The notes: generated from the letters alone by a model not told the origin. A stretch of 64,000 nt of DNA from Nitrospira sp. (GCA_022842445.1 JALHPO010000001.1:144482-208481), one strand, 5' to 3'; shown: positions 43,885-53,954, counted from the first letter of the stretch. A program made the numbers and translations.

Positions 43885-45311
43885 TTGCCAACCTCAAACC
43901 GTACTCGGAATACAAGGAGACAGGGTCAAAGTGGCTTGGCGCTGTCCCGGCGAAGTGGGAAGTACGAAACCTCCGTACGCTCATCTCGAAGCGGGCAGAA
44001 CGCAATCGAGCCGACTTGCCGCTGTTGTCAGTTGCTCGTGAGAAAGGCGTGTTCGTCCGTTCCCTCACCGATGCAGATGAGAATCACAACGTCATTCCGG
44101 AAGATCTGAGCAACTACAAGATGGCTCGTGCCGGCAATCTCGTGATCAACAAGATGAAGGCGTGGCAGGGCTCAATGGGAATCGCGCCATGCGATGGAAT
44201 TGTCAGCCCAGCCTACTATGTCTTCGACTTTCGTATTGGCAACAAGGCTTTCGGCCTAAAGTTGCTTCGCAGCAAACCCTACATCGCGCACTTTGGGCGG
44301 GCATCCGATGGGGTGCGAGTCGGTCAGTGGGATTTATCTATCCCTGGAATGCGACAGATTCCCGTGCTCCTCCCGCCGCCCGACGAGCAGGCGGCGATTG
44401 TGCGGTTTCTGGACTGGGCGAACGGGCGGCTGGAGCGGGCGATCCGGGCGAAGCGCAAGGTGATCGCGCTGCTCAACGAGCAGAAGCAGGCCATCATCCA
44501 CCGCGCCGTCACCCGCGGCCTCGACCCCTCCGTCCTCCTCAAACCCTCCGGCATCCCCTGGCTCGGCGACATTCCGGAGCATTGGGAAGCCGCACGACTG
44601 AAGTTTATGGTTCGCAGGATCACGGATGGAGAGCACATCTCCCCGGTGGTGGCGGATCAGGGCATTCCTCTGCTTTCCGCAAAAGATGTCAGAGACCGAA
44701 TGATCCTCATGGGAGTAGATAAGTTCGTTACCCCGGAGCAAGCAAGACAGTTTTGGCGTCGCTGTCGGCCTCAACAAGGCGATGTTCTGATTGTTAGCCG
44801 TGGCGCCACGATTGGTCGAGTAGCTATCGTCGAAAGCAGTGAGCCATTCTGCCTGATGGGAAGCGTGATTCTCTGCAACTGCCGTGAGGGTTACAGCCAC
44901 GGGTTTCTCTACTACGCACTCAATGCGCATCATGCACAGACATCTTTGTGGTTCACCTCCGCTTCAAGCGCGCAACAAGCGATTTATATCAAGGACGTTG
45001 CGGAATTGCGTTTACCTCTACCACCTGGTGATGAACGCACTGTGATCGAGAAGCATTTGGATGATTCTCTTACCCCACTGCACGCCGCTATCTCCCGCCT
45101 CGACCGCGAGATCGATCTCCTTCGCGAATACCGCACCCGCCTCGTTGCCGATGTCGTCACCGGCAAGCTTGATGTGCGAGCGGCGGTGGCCAAGCTGCCG
45201 GAAGAAACCGATGAGGCAGAGAAGCTCGATGACGCAGACGCCCTTACCGAGGGCGATGAGGAAACGGGAGACGTGGACCTCGACGCAGTGACCCAGGAGG
45301 CTGAGGCGTGA
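43881..45311 (+). CDS. hsdS: type I R-M specificity subunit HsdS
   Basis: 476 aa. It has two target-recognition halves separated by conserved helices (PPPDEQAAIVRFLD ... and PLPPGDERTVIEKHLD ... IDLLREYRTRLVADVVTGKLDV). Confidence 0.85.
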   Translation: MIANLKPYSEYKETGSKWLGAVPAKWEVRNLRTLISKRAERNRADLPLLSVAREKGVFVRSLTDADENHNVIPEDLSNYKMARAGNLVINKMKAWQGSMGIAPCDGIVSPAYYVFDFRIGNKAFGLKLLRSKPYIAHFGRASDGVRVGQWDLSIPGMRQIPVLLPPPDEQAAIVRFLDWANGRLERAIRAKRKVIALLNEQKQAIIHRAVTRGLDPSVLLKPSGIPWLGDIPEHWEAARLKFMVRRITDGEHISPVVADQGIPLLSAKDVRDRMILMGVDKFVTPEQARQFWRRCRPQQGDVLIVSRGATIGRVAIVESSEPFCLMGSVILCNCREGYSHGFLYYALNAHHAQTSLWFTSASSAQQAIYIKDVAELRLPLPPGDERTVIEKHLDDSLTPLHAAISRLDREIDLLREYRTRLVADVVTGKLDVRAAVAKLPEETDEAEKLDDADALTEGDEETGDVDLDAVTQEAEA

Positions 45312-46804
45312 GTCCGGACCGTTCCACAGAGTACTTTGCCAGCTTGGTCCGCGAGCTACGCACGCTGCCTCGTGAAACTGAGTGGGTCGAATTTAAGGCG
45401 AACAATTCAAACCCCCTTGAGATCGGTGAGTACATCTCTGCGCTGGCGAACGCGGCCGCACTGCTCGATAAGCCACGGGCTTACGTCTTATGGGGTGTCG
45501 AGGATGGTACGAGGAACGTGGTTGGCACTATCTTTGAGCCCACGACAGTAAAGCAGGGCAACGAGAATCTGGAGAACTGGCTTACGCGACTGCTGCAACC
45601 GCAGATTCCCTTCCGTTTCCACGCGTGTGAGGTCGATGGCGCACGTGTCGTGCTCCTAGAAATCGACCGTGCGCTGCATCAACCTGTTCGGTTCAGCGGT
45701 GAGGAATATATCCGTGTCGGCTCGTACAAGAAAAAGCTCAAGGACCATCCTGAGAAGGAGCGCGCGCTCTGGCAGTGCTTCACGGTGACAGCCTTTGAGG
45801 ATGGCATGGCCGCGCAGCGATTGAGCGGTGACGAGGTCCTTCAGCTGCTGGCGTTTCCGTCGTATTTTGACCTTCTCCATACTCCGCTTCCGTCTGATCA
45901 AACGGGTATTCTCGCCGCATTTGCAGCCGATGGGCTTGTTCAGCGGGCCGAGGGCGGTTCGTGGAGCATTACCAACCTCGGAGCCATCCTGTTCGCCAAG
46001 GATCTGTCAAAGTTCGATGGCCTTCGGCGAAAGATTGTGCGCATTGTTCAATACGCCGGGAAGGGCCGCATCCTGACGACGAAGGAGCAATCGGTTGTAT
46101 CTGGCTATGCTGTAGGCTTTGAGGCTCTTATCCAAAGCGTGATCGCGGTGCTTCCGACGAATGAGGTGATCGAGCAAGCGCTGCGCAAGTCTGTACCGAT
46201 GTTTCCGCCGCTTGTCGTGCGTGAAGTTGTCGCGAATGCTCTTATCCACCAAGACTTCTCTATCTCGGGTGCGGGGCCGATGGCCGAAGTGTTTGATGAT
46301 CGAATGGAGGTCACGAACCCTGGCCGGCCATTGGTTCCCACCGATCGCTTGCTCGATCAGCCGCCGCGTTCACGGAATGAGAAGCTTGCCTCGCTCATGC
46401 GAAGGTTCGGCATCTGCGAAGAACGCGGGAGCGGTATTGACAAGGTTGTTTTCCAGATCGAGCTCTTTCAACTTCCTGCACCCCTGTTCGAGGTGCCGGG
46501 CGAGTCCATGCGCGTCGTACTGTTCGGCCATCGCGTACTGAAGGACATGGAGAAGGCGGATCGAGTACGCGCGTGCTACCTCCACGCGTGCTTGCGGTAT
46601 GTGACTCGCCAGCCCATGACCAATACCTCCCTCCGGGAGCGCTTCGGGATCGACGAGAAGAACGCCGCACTGGCGTCTCGTCTACTCAACGAGGCCATCG
46701 AGGCAGGGGCGATTCTGGTGCGGGATCCAGAGGCAGGCACGCGGAATCGAACCTATCTCCCGTTCTGGGCGGGAGCTTCCACAGCGAAAGAAGGAATTGC
46801 TTGA
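45308..46804 (+). CDS. AlbA_2 (Schlafen-like) + HATPase_c_4 + wHTH protein
   Basis: ETEWVEFKANNSNPLEIGEYISALANAAALLDKPRAYVLWGVED (AlbA_2 pattern) and REVVANALIHQDFSISGAGPMAEVFDDRMEVTNPG (HATPase_c_4 pattern). It overlaps the hsdS stop by 4 nt. Confidence 0.65.
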   Translation: MSPDRSTEYFASLVRELRTLPRETEWVEFKANNSNPLEIGEYISALANAAALLDKPRAYVLWGVEDGTRNVVGTIFEPTTVKQGNENLENWLTRLLQPQIPFRFHACEVDGARVVLLEIDRALHQPVRFSGEEYIRVGSYKKKLKDHPEKERALWQCFTVTAFEDGMAAQRLSGDEVLQLLAFPSYFDLLHTPLPSDQTGILAAFAADGLVQRAEGGSWSITNLGAILFAKDLSKFDGLRRKIVRIVQYAGKGRILTTKEQSVVSGYAVGFEALIQSVIAVLPTNEVIEQALRKSVPMFPPLVVREVVANALIHQDFSISGAGPMAEVFDDRMEVTNPGRPLVPTDRLLDQPPRSRNEKLASLMRRFGICEERGSGIDKVVFQIELFQLPAPLFEVPGESMRVVLFGHRVLKDMEKADRVRACYLHACLRYVTRQPMTNTSLRERFGIDEKNAALASRLLNEAIEAGAILVRDPEAGTRNRTYLPFWAGASTAKEGIA

Positions 46805-47004
46805 TGGTTTGCTTTCCGGCAACCCTTTCGCAACAATCTGCTCCTCGTAACGCATTGAAAGGGTACAGCTTAAAGATTTTTGCGTTGCTTGATGGTTGCT
46901 TGATTAGAACGGGGATTGGCAAGTGAAACGGAAGGTCAGCTCCTTTGAAATCAACAGGTAAGAGAATCCGTGGTACTTGATGGCTACTTGATGAGAGGTT
47001 CCTC

Positions 47005-50000
47005 GTGAGCACCGACACCAGCGAGAAGGGCCTCGAAACGCTCATCATGCGGCACATGACCGGCACGGATGGTCTCGCCATCGTGCCGAACATGACTGCT
47101 GAACGGCTCGCGCCTTATGGCGGGACTGGCTATATCGCAGGGGGCGCGCAGGACTATGACCGCGCCCACGCGCTCGATGTGTCGCAGCTCTTCGCCTTCT
47201 TGCCTGACACCCAGCCCGAGGCGTTCAAGAAATTGGCAATGGCCGACGCCAGCGACCCCACGGACATCAACCGCCTCAAGTTCCTTGCCCGGCTCTCCGC
47301 CGAGATCGGCAAGCGCGGTGTTATTGACGTGCTGCGCAAGGGTGTGGAGCACGGGCCGATGCACTTCGATCTCTTCTATGGTACGCCCTCACCGGGTAAT
47401 GCCAAGGCCGAGGCGCTTCACGCGCAGAACCGTTTCTCGGTTACACGCCAGCTTGCTTATAGCATGGACGAGACGCGCCGTTCACTCGACTTGTGTCTGT
47501 TCATCAACGGCTTGCCCATCGCCACCTTCGAGCTGAAGAATAGCCTCACCAAGCAGACCGTCGCGGATGCCATCGAACAGTACAAGCGTGACCGCAACCC
47601 GCGCGAGCGGCTTTTTGAGTTTGGCCGCTGCGTGGTGCACTTTGCCGTGGACGATAGCGAGGTGCAGATGTGCACGGAACTTCGAGGCAAGAGTTCGTGG
47701 TTCTTGCCCTTCAACAAGGGCTATCTCGACGGCGCTGGCAACCCACCCAATCCGCATGGCCTCAAGACCGACTATCTCTGGAAAGAGGTCCTTACCCCAA
47801 CAGGCCTGACCAACATTCTTGAGAACTATGCGCAGATCGTCGAGGAGAAGGACCCACGCACCAGCAGAAAGAAGCGCAAGCAGGTGTGGCCGCGTTATCA
47901 CCAGCTCGGCGTGGTGCGACAGGCGCTGGCCGATGTGCGCGCCCACGGGGCTGGTAAGCGTTACCTGATCCAGCATTCGGCGGGTAGCGGCAAGTCCAAC
48001 TCCATCGCCTGGCTCTCGCATCAGCTTATCGGACTGAAGCGCGAGGATAAGGACATCTTCGACTCGGTCGTCGTCGTTACCGACCGGCGTCTGCTTGACC
48101 ATCAGATCCAGACAACCATCAAGCAGTTCATGCAGGTTGGGGCGACGGTCGGTCATGCCAAGGATTCTGGTGACCTGCGAAAATTCATTCAGGAGGGGAA
48201 GAAGATCATCGTCTCGACGGTGCAGAAGTTTCCCCATATCCTTGATGAAATCGCCACCGAGGGCGGCAAGTGCTTCGCCATCGTCATTGACGAGGCCCAC
48301 TCAAGCCAGGGCGGAAGGACTTCTGCTGCGATGAGCCAGGCGCTCGGCGACGCCAAGGGTGATGAAGAGGAGGGGACCGACCCCGAAGACACGGTGAACG
48401 AGGCGCTCGAGAAGCGCATGGCAGCGCGCAAGATGCTGACCAATGCCAGCTACTTCGCTTTCACCGCCACACCCAAGAACAAGACGCTCGAGATGTTCGG
48501 GGAGCCGCTGCCGCCCGATGCCGAGGGCAAGGTCAAGCACCGGCCCTTCCACAGCTACACGTTGAAGCAAGCGGTCGAGGAGGGCTTCATTCTCGACGTG
48601 CTCAAGGCCTACACGCCGGTGGACAGCTACTACAAGCTGGTCAAGAAGACCGAGGACGACCCTGAATTCGACACCAAGAAGGCCAAGAAGAAGCTGCGCC
48701 GGTATGTGGAGAGCCATGACTACGCGATCGGGCTCAAGGCCGAGATCATGGTGGACCACTTCCATGAGCAGGTGCTGGCGGCCGGGAAGATCGGCGGCCA
48801 GGCCCGCGCGATGGTGGTGACGAGCGGTGTCGACCGGGCCATCCAGTACTTCCACGCCTTCAAGACGTACTTGGTGGAGCGCAAGAGCCCGTACCAGGCG
48901 ATCGTTGCCTTCTCGGGCGAGCACGATTACGGCGGCGCGCGGGTCAGCGAGGTGTCGCTCAACGGCTTCTCGAGCGGCGAGATCGCCGCCAAGATCCAGA
49001 CCGACCCGTACCGCTTCCTGATTTGCGCAGACAAGTTCCAGACTGGCTACGACGAGCCGCTGCTGCACACAATGTACGTGGACAAGCCGCTCTCGGGCAT
49101 CAAGGCGGTGCAGACCTTGTCGCGCCTCAACCGCGCGCACCCGCAAAAGTACGACTGCTTCGTGCTCGACTTCCAGAACAACGTCGAGGCGATCACCTTC
49201 GCCTTCCAGGACTACTACCGTACCACGCTGCTCGCCGAGGAGACCGACCCCAACAAGCTGCACGACCTCAAGGCGGCGCTCGATGCGGTCCAGGTATATT
49301 CGCCGGAGCAGGTTCGGCAGGTGGTGGCGTTGTTTCTCGACGGCGCGGATCGCGACGCCCTCGACCCGATCCTTGATGCGTGTGTGGCCGTTTATATGGA
49401 CAGGCTCGACGAAGACGGCCAGGTAGATTTTAAGAGCAAGGCCAAGGTCTTCTGCCGCACCTATGCCTTCTTGTCATCAGTGATCTCGTACAGCAACGCA
49501 CAGTGGGAGAAGCTGTCCATCTTCCTCGACCTGCTGACGCCGAAGCTACCTGCGCCGAAGGAGGAGGACCTCGCGAAAGGCATTCTCCAGGCTATCGATA
49601 TGGACAGCTACCGCGTTGAGAAAAAGACAACGATGAAGATCGCCCTGGCTGACCAGGATGCGGAGATTGAGCCCGTGCCAACGGACGCTCACGGGCACAA
49701 AGCCGAGCCCGAGATGGATCGCTTGAGCCAAATCATCAAGACCTTCAACGAGCAGTTCGGCACCTTGTTCACCGACACCGACCGGGTGGCGAAGCGTATC
49801 CGCGACGACATCGCACCCAAGGTCGCCGCCGACACGGCCTACCAGAACGCGAAGGAGAACACCCCGCACACTGCGCGCATGGCGCACGATCAGGCGCTGG
49901 GCAAGGTGATGCAGCACCTACTGAAGGACGATACGCAGGTTTACAAGCAGTTCGTCGAAAATGAGTCGTTCCGGCGGTTTGTCGGCGATATGGTGTACGC

Positions 50001-50019
50001 GATCACCACTCAGAGATGA
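47005..50019 (+). CDS. hsdR: type I restriction endonuclease subunit HsdR
   Basis: 1,004 aa. IQHSAGSGKSNSIAWL (motif I), FAIVIDEAHSSQGG (DEAH), FAFTATPKNKT and QTLSRLNR (motif VI). GTG start. Confidence 0.9.
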   Translation: MSTDTSEKGLETLIMRHMTGTDGLAIVPNMTAERLAPYGGTGYIAGGAQDYDRAHALDVSQLFAFLPDTQPEAFKKLAMADASDPTDINRLKFLARLSAEIGKRGVIDVLRKGVEHGPMHFDLFYGTPSPGNAKAEALHAQNRFSVTRQLAYSMDETRRSLDLCLFINGLPIATFELKNSLTKQTVADAIEQYKRDRNPRERLFEFGRCVVHFAVDDSEVQMCTELRGKSSWFLPFNKGYLDGAGNPPNPHGLKTDYLWKEVLTPTGLTNILENYAQIVEEKDPRTSRKKRKQVWPRYHQLGVVRQALADVRAHGAGKRYLIQHSAGSGKSNSIAWLSHQLIGLKREDKDIFDSVVVVTDRRLLDHQIQTTIKQFMQVGATVGHAKDSGDLRKFIQEGKKIIVSTVQKFPHILDEIATEGGKCFAIVIDEAHSSQGGRTSAAMSQALGDAKGDEEEGTDPEDTVNEALEKRMAARKMLTNASYFAFTATPKNKTLEMFGEPLPPDAEGKVKHRPFHSYTLKQAVEEGFILDVLKAYTPVDSYYKLVKKTEDDPEFDTKKAKKKLRRYVESHDYAIGLKAEIMVDHFHEQVLAAGKIGGQARAMVVTSGVDRAIQYFHAFKTYLVERKSPYQAIVAFSGEHDYGGARVSEVSLNGFSSGEIAAKIQTDPYRFLICADKFQTGYDEPLLHTMYVDKPLSGIKAVQTLSRLNRAHPQKYDCFVLDFQNNVEAITFAFQDYYRTTLLAEETDPNKLHDLKAALDAVQVYSPEQVRQVVALFLDGADRDALDPILDACVAVYMDRLDEDGQVDFKSKAKVFCRTYAFLSSVISYSNAQWEKLSIFLDLLTPKLPAPKEEDLAKGILQAIDMDSYRVEKKTTMKIALADQDAEIEPVPTDAHGHKAEPEMDRLSQIIKTFNEQFGTLFTDTDRVAKRIRDDIAPKVAADTAYQNAKENTPHTARMAHDQALGKVMQHLLKDDTQVYKQFVENESFRRFVGDMVYAITTQR

Positions 50020-50330
50020 AACTAAGGTTTTGCGGCATGGAGGAAGAAGGGTGCCTGCGAGGAGAAAGTGTACCGGGAGTCTTTTCTGGAGGCATCAGAA
50101 TATTCGGCATCAAACTGTGTTCCCATGTTTTTGGTCGCATGCGGCTTAGGCCGACCGGCTAGCACCTGCGAGGCGCACCGCTCGCGCCAGTAAGACTGTC
50201 ACTCCCGCCGCTTCTTCCTCTCCGGCACGCCGGCAACGGCCTCTGCCTCACGTTTCCTCCGTGAACTGTGCGTTGGCTCTCCTCTCTCTGTGCGAGAGCC
50301 AACTTCAGTTCAACATAAGGAGGAAACAAG

Positions 50331-50567
50331 ATGGCGACCAACAAGAAACCCGCGAACCAGCTGCGATGTGGAAACATCAAGGCGACGATCTGGGAGAACA
50401 CCAGCGAGAAAGGTCCGTTCTTCGCGACGACGTTCTCTCGGCCGTTCAAGGATCAGTCCGGGATGTGGCGCAATAGCACCTCATTCGGTCTGAATGACCT
50501 TGAGGCGCTGATGAATGTGGCGTTTGAGGCGAAAGAGTGGATTGCCGCTCATGTCTTGAAGCGCTGA
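50331..50567 (+). CDS. small conserved hypothetical (78 aa)
   Basis: AAGGAGG RBS. MATNKKPANQLRCGNIKATIWENTSEKGPFFATTFSRPFKDQSGMWRNSTSFGLNDLEALMNVAFEAKEWI. The pattern recalls small mobile-element proteins, possibly PC4/YdbC-like ssDNA binders (speculative). Confidence 0.5.
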   Translation: MATNKKPANQLRCGNIKATIWENTSEKGPFFATTFSRPFKDQSGMWRNSTSFGLNDLEALMNVAFEAKEWIAAHVLKR

Positions 50568-50577
50568 GTGTTTTCCT

Positions 50578-50606
50578 GGGACGCCTCCGGCCGTCCGGAG
50601 GCGTCC
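50578..50606. terminator. hairpin between convergent genes
   Basis: gggacgcctccgg / ccgt / ccggaggcgtcc is a perfect 12-bp stem 11 nt after the stop at 50567. Confidence 0.5.
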
Positions 50607-50733
50607 TTACTTCACAAGTGGTTTGTAAATAGCCATGACGGGCATTGCCTCAGCACGAAAACACAGGGTTTCCTGTGGGCACTTTCTGAGAGGATTTGTA
50701 AATAAAGGGTACTGAGTCACTTCCCGCCGAGCG

Positions 50734-51075
50734 TCAGCGAGAGCTTCCGCAGAGAGACCCGCTGCAATACGGGTTGAGCCGGGAGGAGTACTGCCCGGCA
50801 TCCAAAGGAGGGAGAGGGCTGTCCCGTTCCCGCTGGTACTCGCGGCTTCTGGCATCGGGCTGGTACTCGGACGGCGGGAGGTCTGCTCCGAGATATCCGG
50901 CGTTGCTGTTCTGGTAGCCTGGCTTGTGCCGGTCGTCATAGTACGGGCTGTCTGCTCTTGAGGAGGACCAGTCCAGGGAATTGGAAGAGTACGGGTACGA
51001 TGGTGAGGAAGATTGAGCGGAGGCCGAAGACGCTACGCCTAAGAGCAGCAAGGCCAGCACATGCGAGATTGTCAT
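50734..51075 (-). CDS. small secreted low-complexity protein (113 aa)
   Basis: ORF 50734..51261 trimmed to MTISHVLALLLLGVASSASA (signal peptide, GAGGAG RBS). The mature part is Ser/Tyr/Pro/Asp-rich. Confidence 0.4.
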   Translation of the reverse strand: MTISHVLALLLLGVASSASAQSSSPSYPYSSNSLDWSSSRADSPYYDDRHKPGYQNSNAGYLGADLPPSEYQPDARSREYQRERDSPLPPLDAGQYSSRLNPYCSGSLCGSSR

Positions 51076-51339
51076 GGCGCGTGTCTCCTCTCTTGCGCAG
51101 TAGTGTAGTCCCGTGATGTTCTCGCGGGCAACCCATACTCCTTCGCCGGGTTTGGCACTTGCTTGAGCGTCATTCAGTGTAGGCACATTGGCGCGGTGGA
51201 GGCTTTCGAGGGTGGCACGGGGGATAATGAAATGCCAGTATAAGCGGATACCGTCTGACATTTTTCACCCAAATTATTTGACGCTATTGTGTATTCCACA
51301 GTTTCCGGCATAGACTGCGCCCACCGTATATTCTGACGA

Positions 51340-52512
51340 ATGTCTATGTCGCATTGGGTAAGGCAACAGAGCTTTCCTCAAGGGTTTGATGTGTGGTGTC
51401 GCCCCCACAACCCTTCCCCGCCTTCCGCATTTGAGCCTCACGCAAGCTTCCGTGATTACGCGTACTCCAGAGGCATGGGCCAGTCACCTGATCTCGTCTC
51501 TGCATACATCAGCTTAGTGACGAGGGAAGAGAAGCATTGGTCCGATCTACGATTCGATTCTCCGAACGAAGCCATGGGAGAATGGAGCCTTCAGTTCCAC
51601 CCACAAGCGACTACTGTTCACTACAATCAAGTAACAATAGAGTCAACCGATGCCTGGCAACTCTCTATCAGCGGGACCTTCAAAGCACTAGAAATCGCCG
51701 GTCTCACTGCATGGAACATTCACTTCAATCCGGATAGCTGCAATCAACCCATCCGATTCGTAAATTGTGTGATTGGGAAGCTGATCCTAATAAATAAGAC
51801 CAACAATGCCTACCGACCGAGTCTGGAACTGCAACACTGTTGGATTGGCACACTAGTTCTTCCCACAGAGTGCACGAAGAATCTGACAATCGAAGGCGGA
51901 GGCATTGCGAACATTGACTGCCCGCCCGCTGACAGTCCCAACCCATTCAAAGGGGCCGTGATCTTCAAGGACGTGTTTTTCCCCACCACAGTGAAACAGA
52001 CCGGCCTGTTCGAAGGATCACAGGCATACCGTAGTTTGCATTCGCATCTCAAGAAACACGACAACATTCCTGCGGCCAACCTGATGAGAGCCTTGCAGCT
52101 ACGTTCTGAGCGCACAGACGATCAGGGCTTTACAAGGCTGACGAATTGGACTTACGGAACATTCGCCGAATACGGGACCAGTCCAGGGAGGCCACTGTTG
52201 TGGCTACTTGGTCTCTACCTATTTACTTGTGCGCTTCTCTATTTTTTTGATCAAGGCATGGTGAATCCAGAATTGAAGTATGTCGGAGCAAACGCAATAT
52301 TACTCGATGAGAATGGCGGGCGCATGACCCGCTCGGCGCTTCTTCCGCTTCACTCACTTGTGAATCCGTTCGGCATCTTCTTTGATTCGCGAAAACTGAT
52401 TATTCCTGCCACTCCTCCAGGCAGTATTCTCTTGACGATTCAGGGGCTGTGCTCTGACCTGTTGGTGCTAATGACTGTGCTCAGTATCCGGCGGAGGTTC
52501 AAGGCTGAATGA
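51340..52512 (+). CDS. hypothetical membrane protein (repeat-like N-domain + 2 C-terminal TM segments)
   Basis: 390 aa. The central region has short beta-solenoid-like periodicity (LEIAGLTAWNIHFNPD..IRFVNCVIGKLILIN..LELQHCWIGTLVLP..LTIEGGGIANIDCP). The C-terminus has PLLWLLGLYLFTCALLYFF and ILLTIQGLCSDLLVLMTVLSI. Confidence 0.5.
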   Translation: MSMSHWVRQQSFPQGFDVWCRPHNPSPPSAFEPHASFRDYAYSRGMGQSPDLVSAYISLVTREEKHWSDLRFDSPNEAMGEWSLQFHPQATTVHYNQVTIESTDAWQLSISGTFKALEIAGLTAWNIHFNPDSCNQPIRFVNCVIGKLILINKTNNAYRPSLELQHCWIGTLVLPTECTKNLTIEGGGIANIDCPPADSPNPFKGAVIFKDVFFPTTVKQTGLFEGSQAYRSLHSHLKKHDNIPAANLMRALQLRSERTDDQGFTRLTNWTYGTFAEYGTSPGRPLLWLLGLYLFTCALLYFFDQGMVNPELKYVGANAILLDENGGRMTRSALLPLHSLVNPFGIFFDSRKLIIPATPPGSILLTIQGLCSDLLVLMTVLSIRRRFKAE

Positions 52513-52601
52513 GGCTGAAACATCTCCAAATCCATAGAGTTCCCGTATGGGCAGGCCGCGCCTTTGTACTTTGAGCGCGGCCCGAGAACTCGGGATAATT
52601 T

Positions 52602-53954
52602 ATGTCGAAGAATGAAGCGCTAAGAGAATTCGTTCGACGTACTGTTCCGAAGCTTAGGGAATTTGGCGTACAGTATGTGAGCCCACTTCGTGCTTTCCTG
52701 CGTCTCCAAGATACGCCTGATCAAGTTGCTAAGGTCATTGGAAGGGGAATGACCCAGCAATCATTAGAGCAGGAGCTTGGATTGCTTCTTCAAAATGACA
52801 AAATGTTGGCACGTTGTTGCGGTGATGTAACAACGTTGGCCCACGCGTTGGACACTCTATTGTTTGGACCGCTACCGGACGCTATCTATTATGGAAATAC
52901 CTTGTTGGGTTTTGGAGTACCAACCAATGAATTGGAAGAGCAACTTGATTTATTAGAAACAAAACTATATGAGCAAGGTGATTTTCACAAGACTGCTTAC
53001 TTTCACCTCTTCAATGTGCATATACATCCGCCCTTCAATCATCCTGACCTGGATTGGAAAATCCAAGTTCTCTCTTACGACCAGATAAAAACCATACTCT
53101 CCCCTAGCGCATACAGAGAATTTTTAAATTGCCAACCCGGGCATAGCTTCGCAAGCATCGAAGACAATGAAGGCTTTGACACGGAAACCGTTACTAGTTG
53201 GTTAACGAGACGCTGGAAGGAGGTTTCCGACTTTCGCAGAACCTTACAGTTGGCAAGCGACGGGAGCATAGATATTGACTATGTAGTTCCTCACTTTAAT
53301 CCCCAATGGTTAAACCAAATTCATGGGGGCGGCAGCTTTCATATGGGCAACCCGAGAAAAGGATCTAATATTCCTGAACTGAAAGGGTTCTTACATACTT
53401 CAGAATCTGAAGATATTAGATCAGTCTGGGAGCTCTCAAAGCGATATAGAGACCACTCGCAACACGACCTATCAAAGACTAAAGAAAGGGTGAAACGCGC
53501 GATAGGAATAGCGGTTGAATTTTTTGAAGAATCACACCGCAAAGACACACCTATTGAGAAGTTCGCGAATTTAATGATTGCGCTTGAAGCTCTTTATACC
53601 CCCTCGGACAAATCAGAGCTCACCTATCGTGTGTCGCAAACTTGTGCCGTCCTAGTTGGCACGTCGTACATTGATACCTCACCCGACGAGGTTTATAGAT
53701 TTCTGAAAGGTATGTTCAATAAGCGCGGCAGTTTGTTTCACGGGAACTATGATGCCACATCCGAAACACCAGAACAGTTCATCAGCGGAGAGGACCTTGC
53801 GAGGCTCTATTCCTTGGTGCGAAAATCACTCATTGCGTATATGTGCCTTTACATAAAAGGAAATGAGAACCTAAAGGAGTTAAGGCAGAGGCTGGAAGAT
53901 TCGGTGCTAGATCAAGGGAAACGCGAAAGCCTTCAAAAGGATAGCAATCCCTGA
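52602..53954 (+). CDS. hypothetical protein with C-terminal HEPN-like domain
   Basis: 450 aa, AT-richer by eye. The C-terminal four-helix pattern AIGIAVEFFEES / FANLMIALEALY / RVSQTCAVLVG / FLKGMFNKRGSLFHG (Rx4H) / LARLYSLVRKSLIAY is present. The N-terminal ~300 aa are unassigned. Confidence 0.5.
   Translation: MSKNEALREFVRRTVPKLREFGVQYVSPLRAFLRLQDTPDQVAKVIGRGMTQQSLEQELGLLLQNDKMLARCCGDVTTLAHALDTLLFGPLPDAIYYGNTLLGFGVPTNELEEQLDLLETKLYEQGDFHKTAYFHLFNVHIHPPFNHPDLDWKIQVLSYDQIKTILSPSAYREFLNCQPGHSFASIEDNEGFDTETVTSWLTRRWKEVSDFRRTLQLASDGSIDIDYVVPHFNPQWLNQIHGGGSFHMGNPRKGSNIPELKGFLHTSESEDIRSVWELSKRYRDHSQHDLSKTKERVKRAIGIAVEFFEESHRKDTPIEKFANLMIALEALYTPSDKSELTYRVSQTCAVLVGTSYIDTSPDEVYRFLKGMFNKRGSLFHGNYDATSETPEQFISGEDLARLYSLVRKSLIAYMCLYIKGNENLKELRQRLEDSVLDQGKRESLQKDSNP

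Noticed and set aside
47482-49263. Two long minus-strand ORFs (272 and 320 aa) inside hsdR, and similar ones inside hsdM (41285..41887) and hsdS (44334..44933)
   Set aside because: Antisense shadows of high-confidence R-M genes. Their translations are low-complexity (Leu/Arg/Val/Asp runs) with no motifs.
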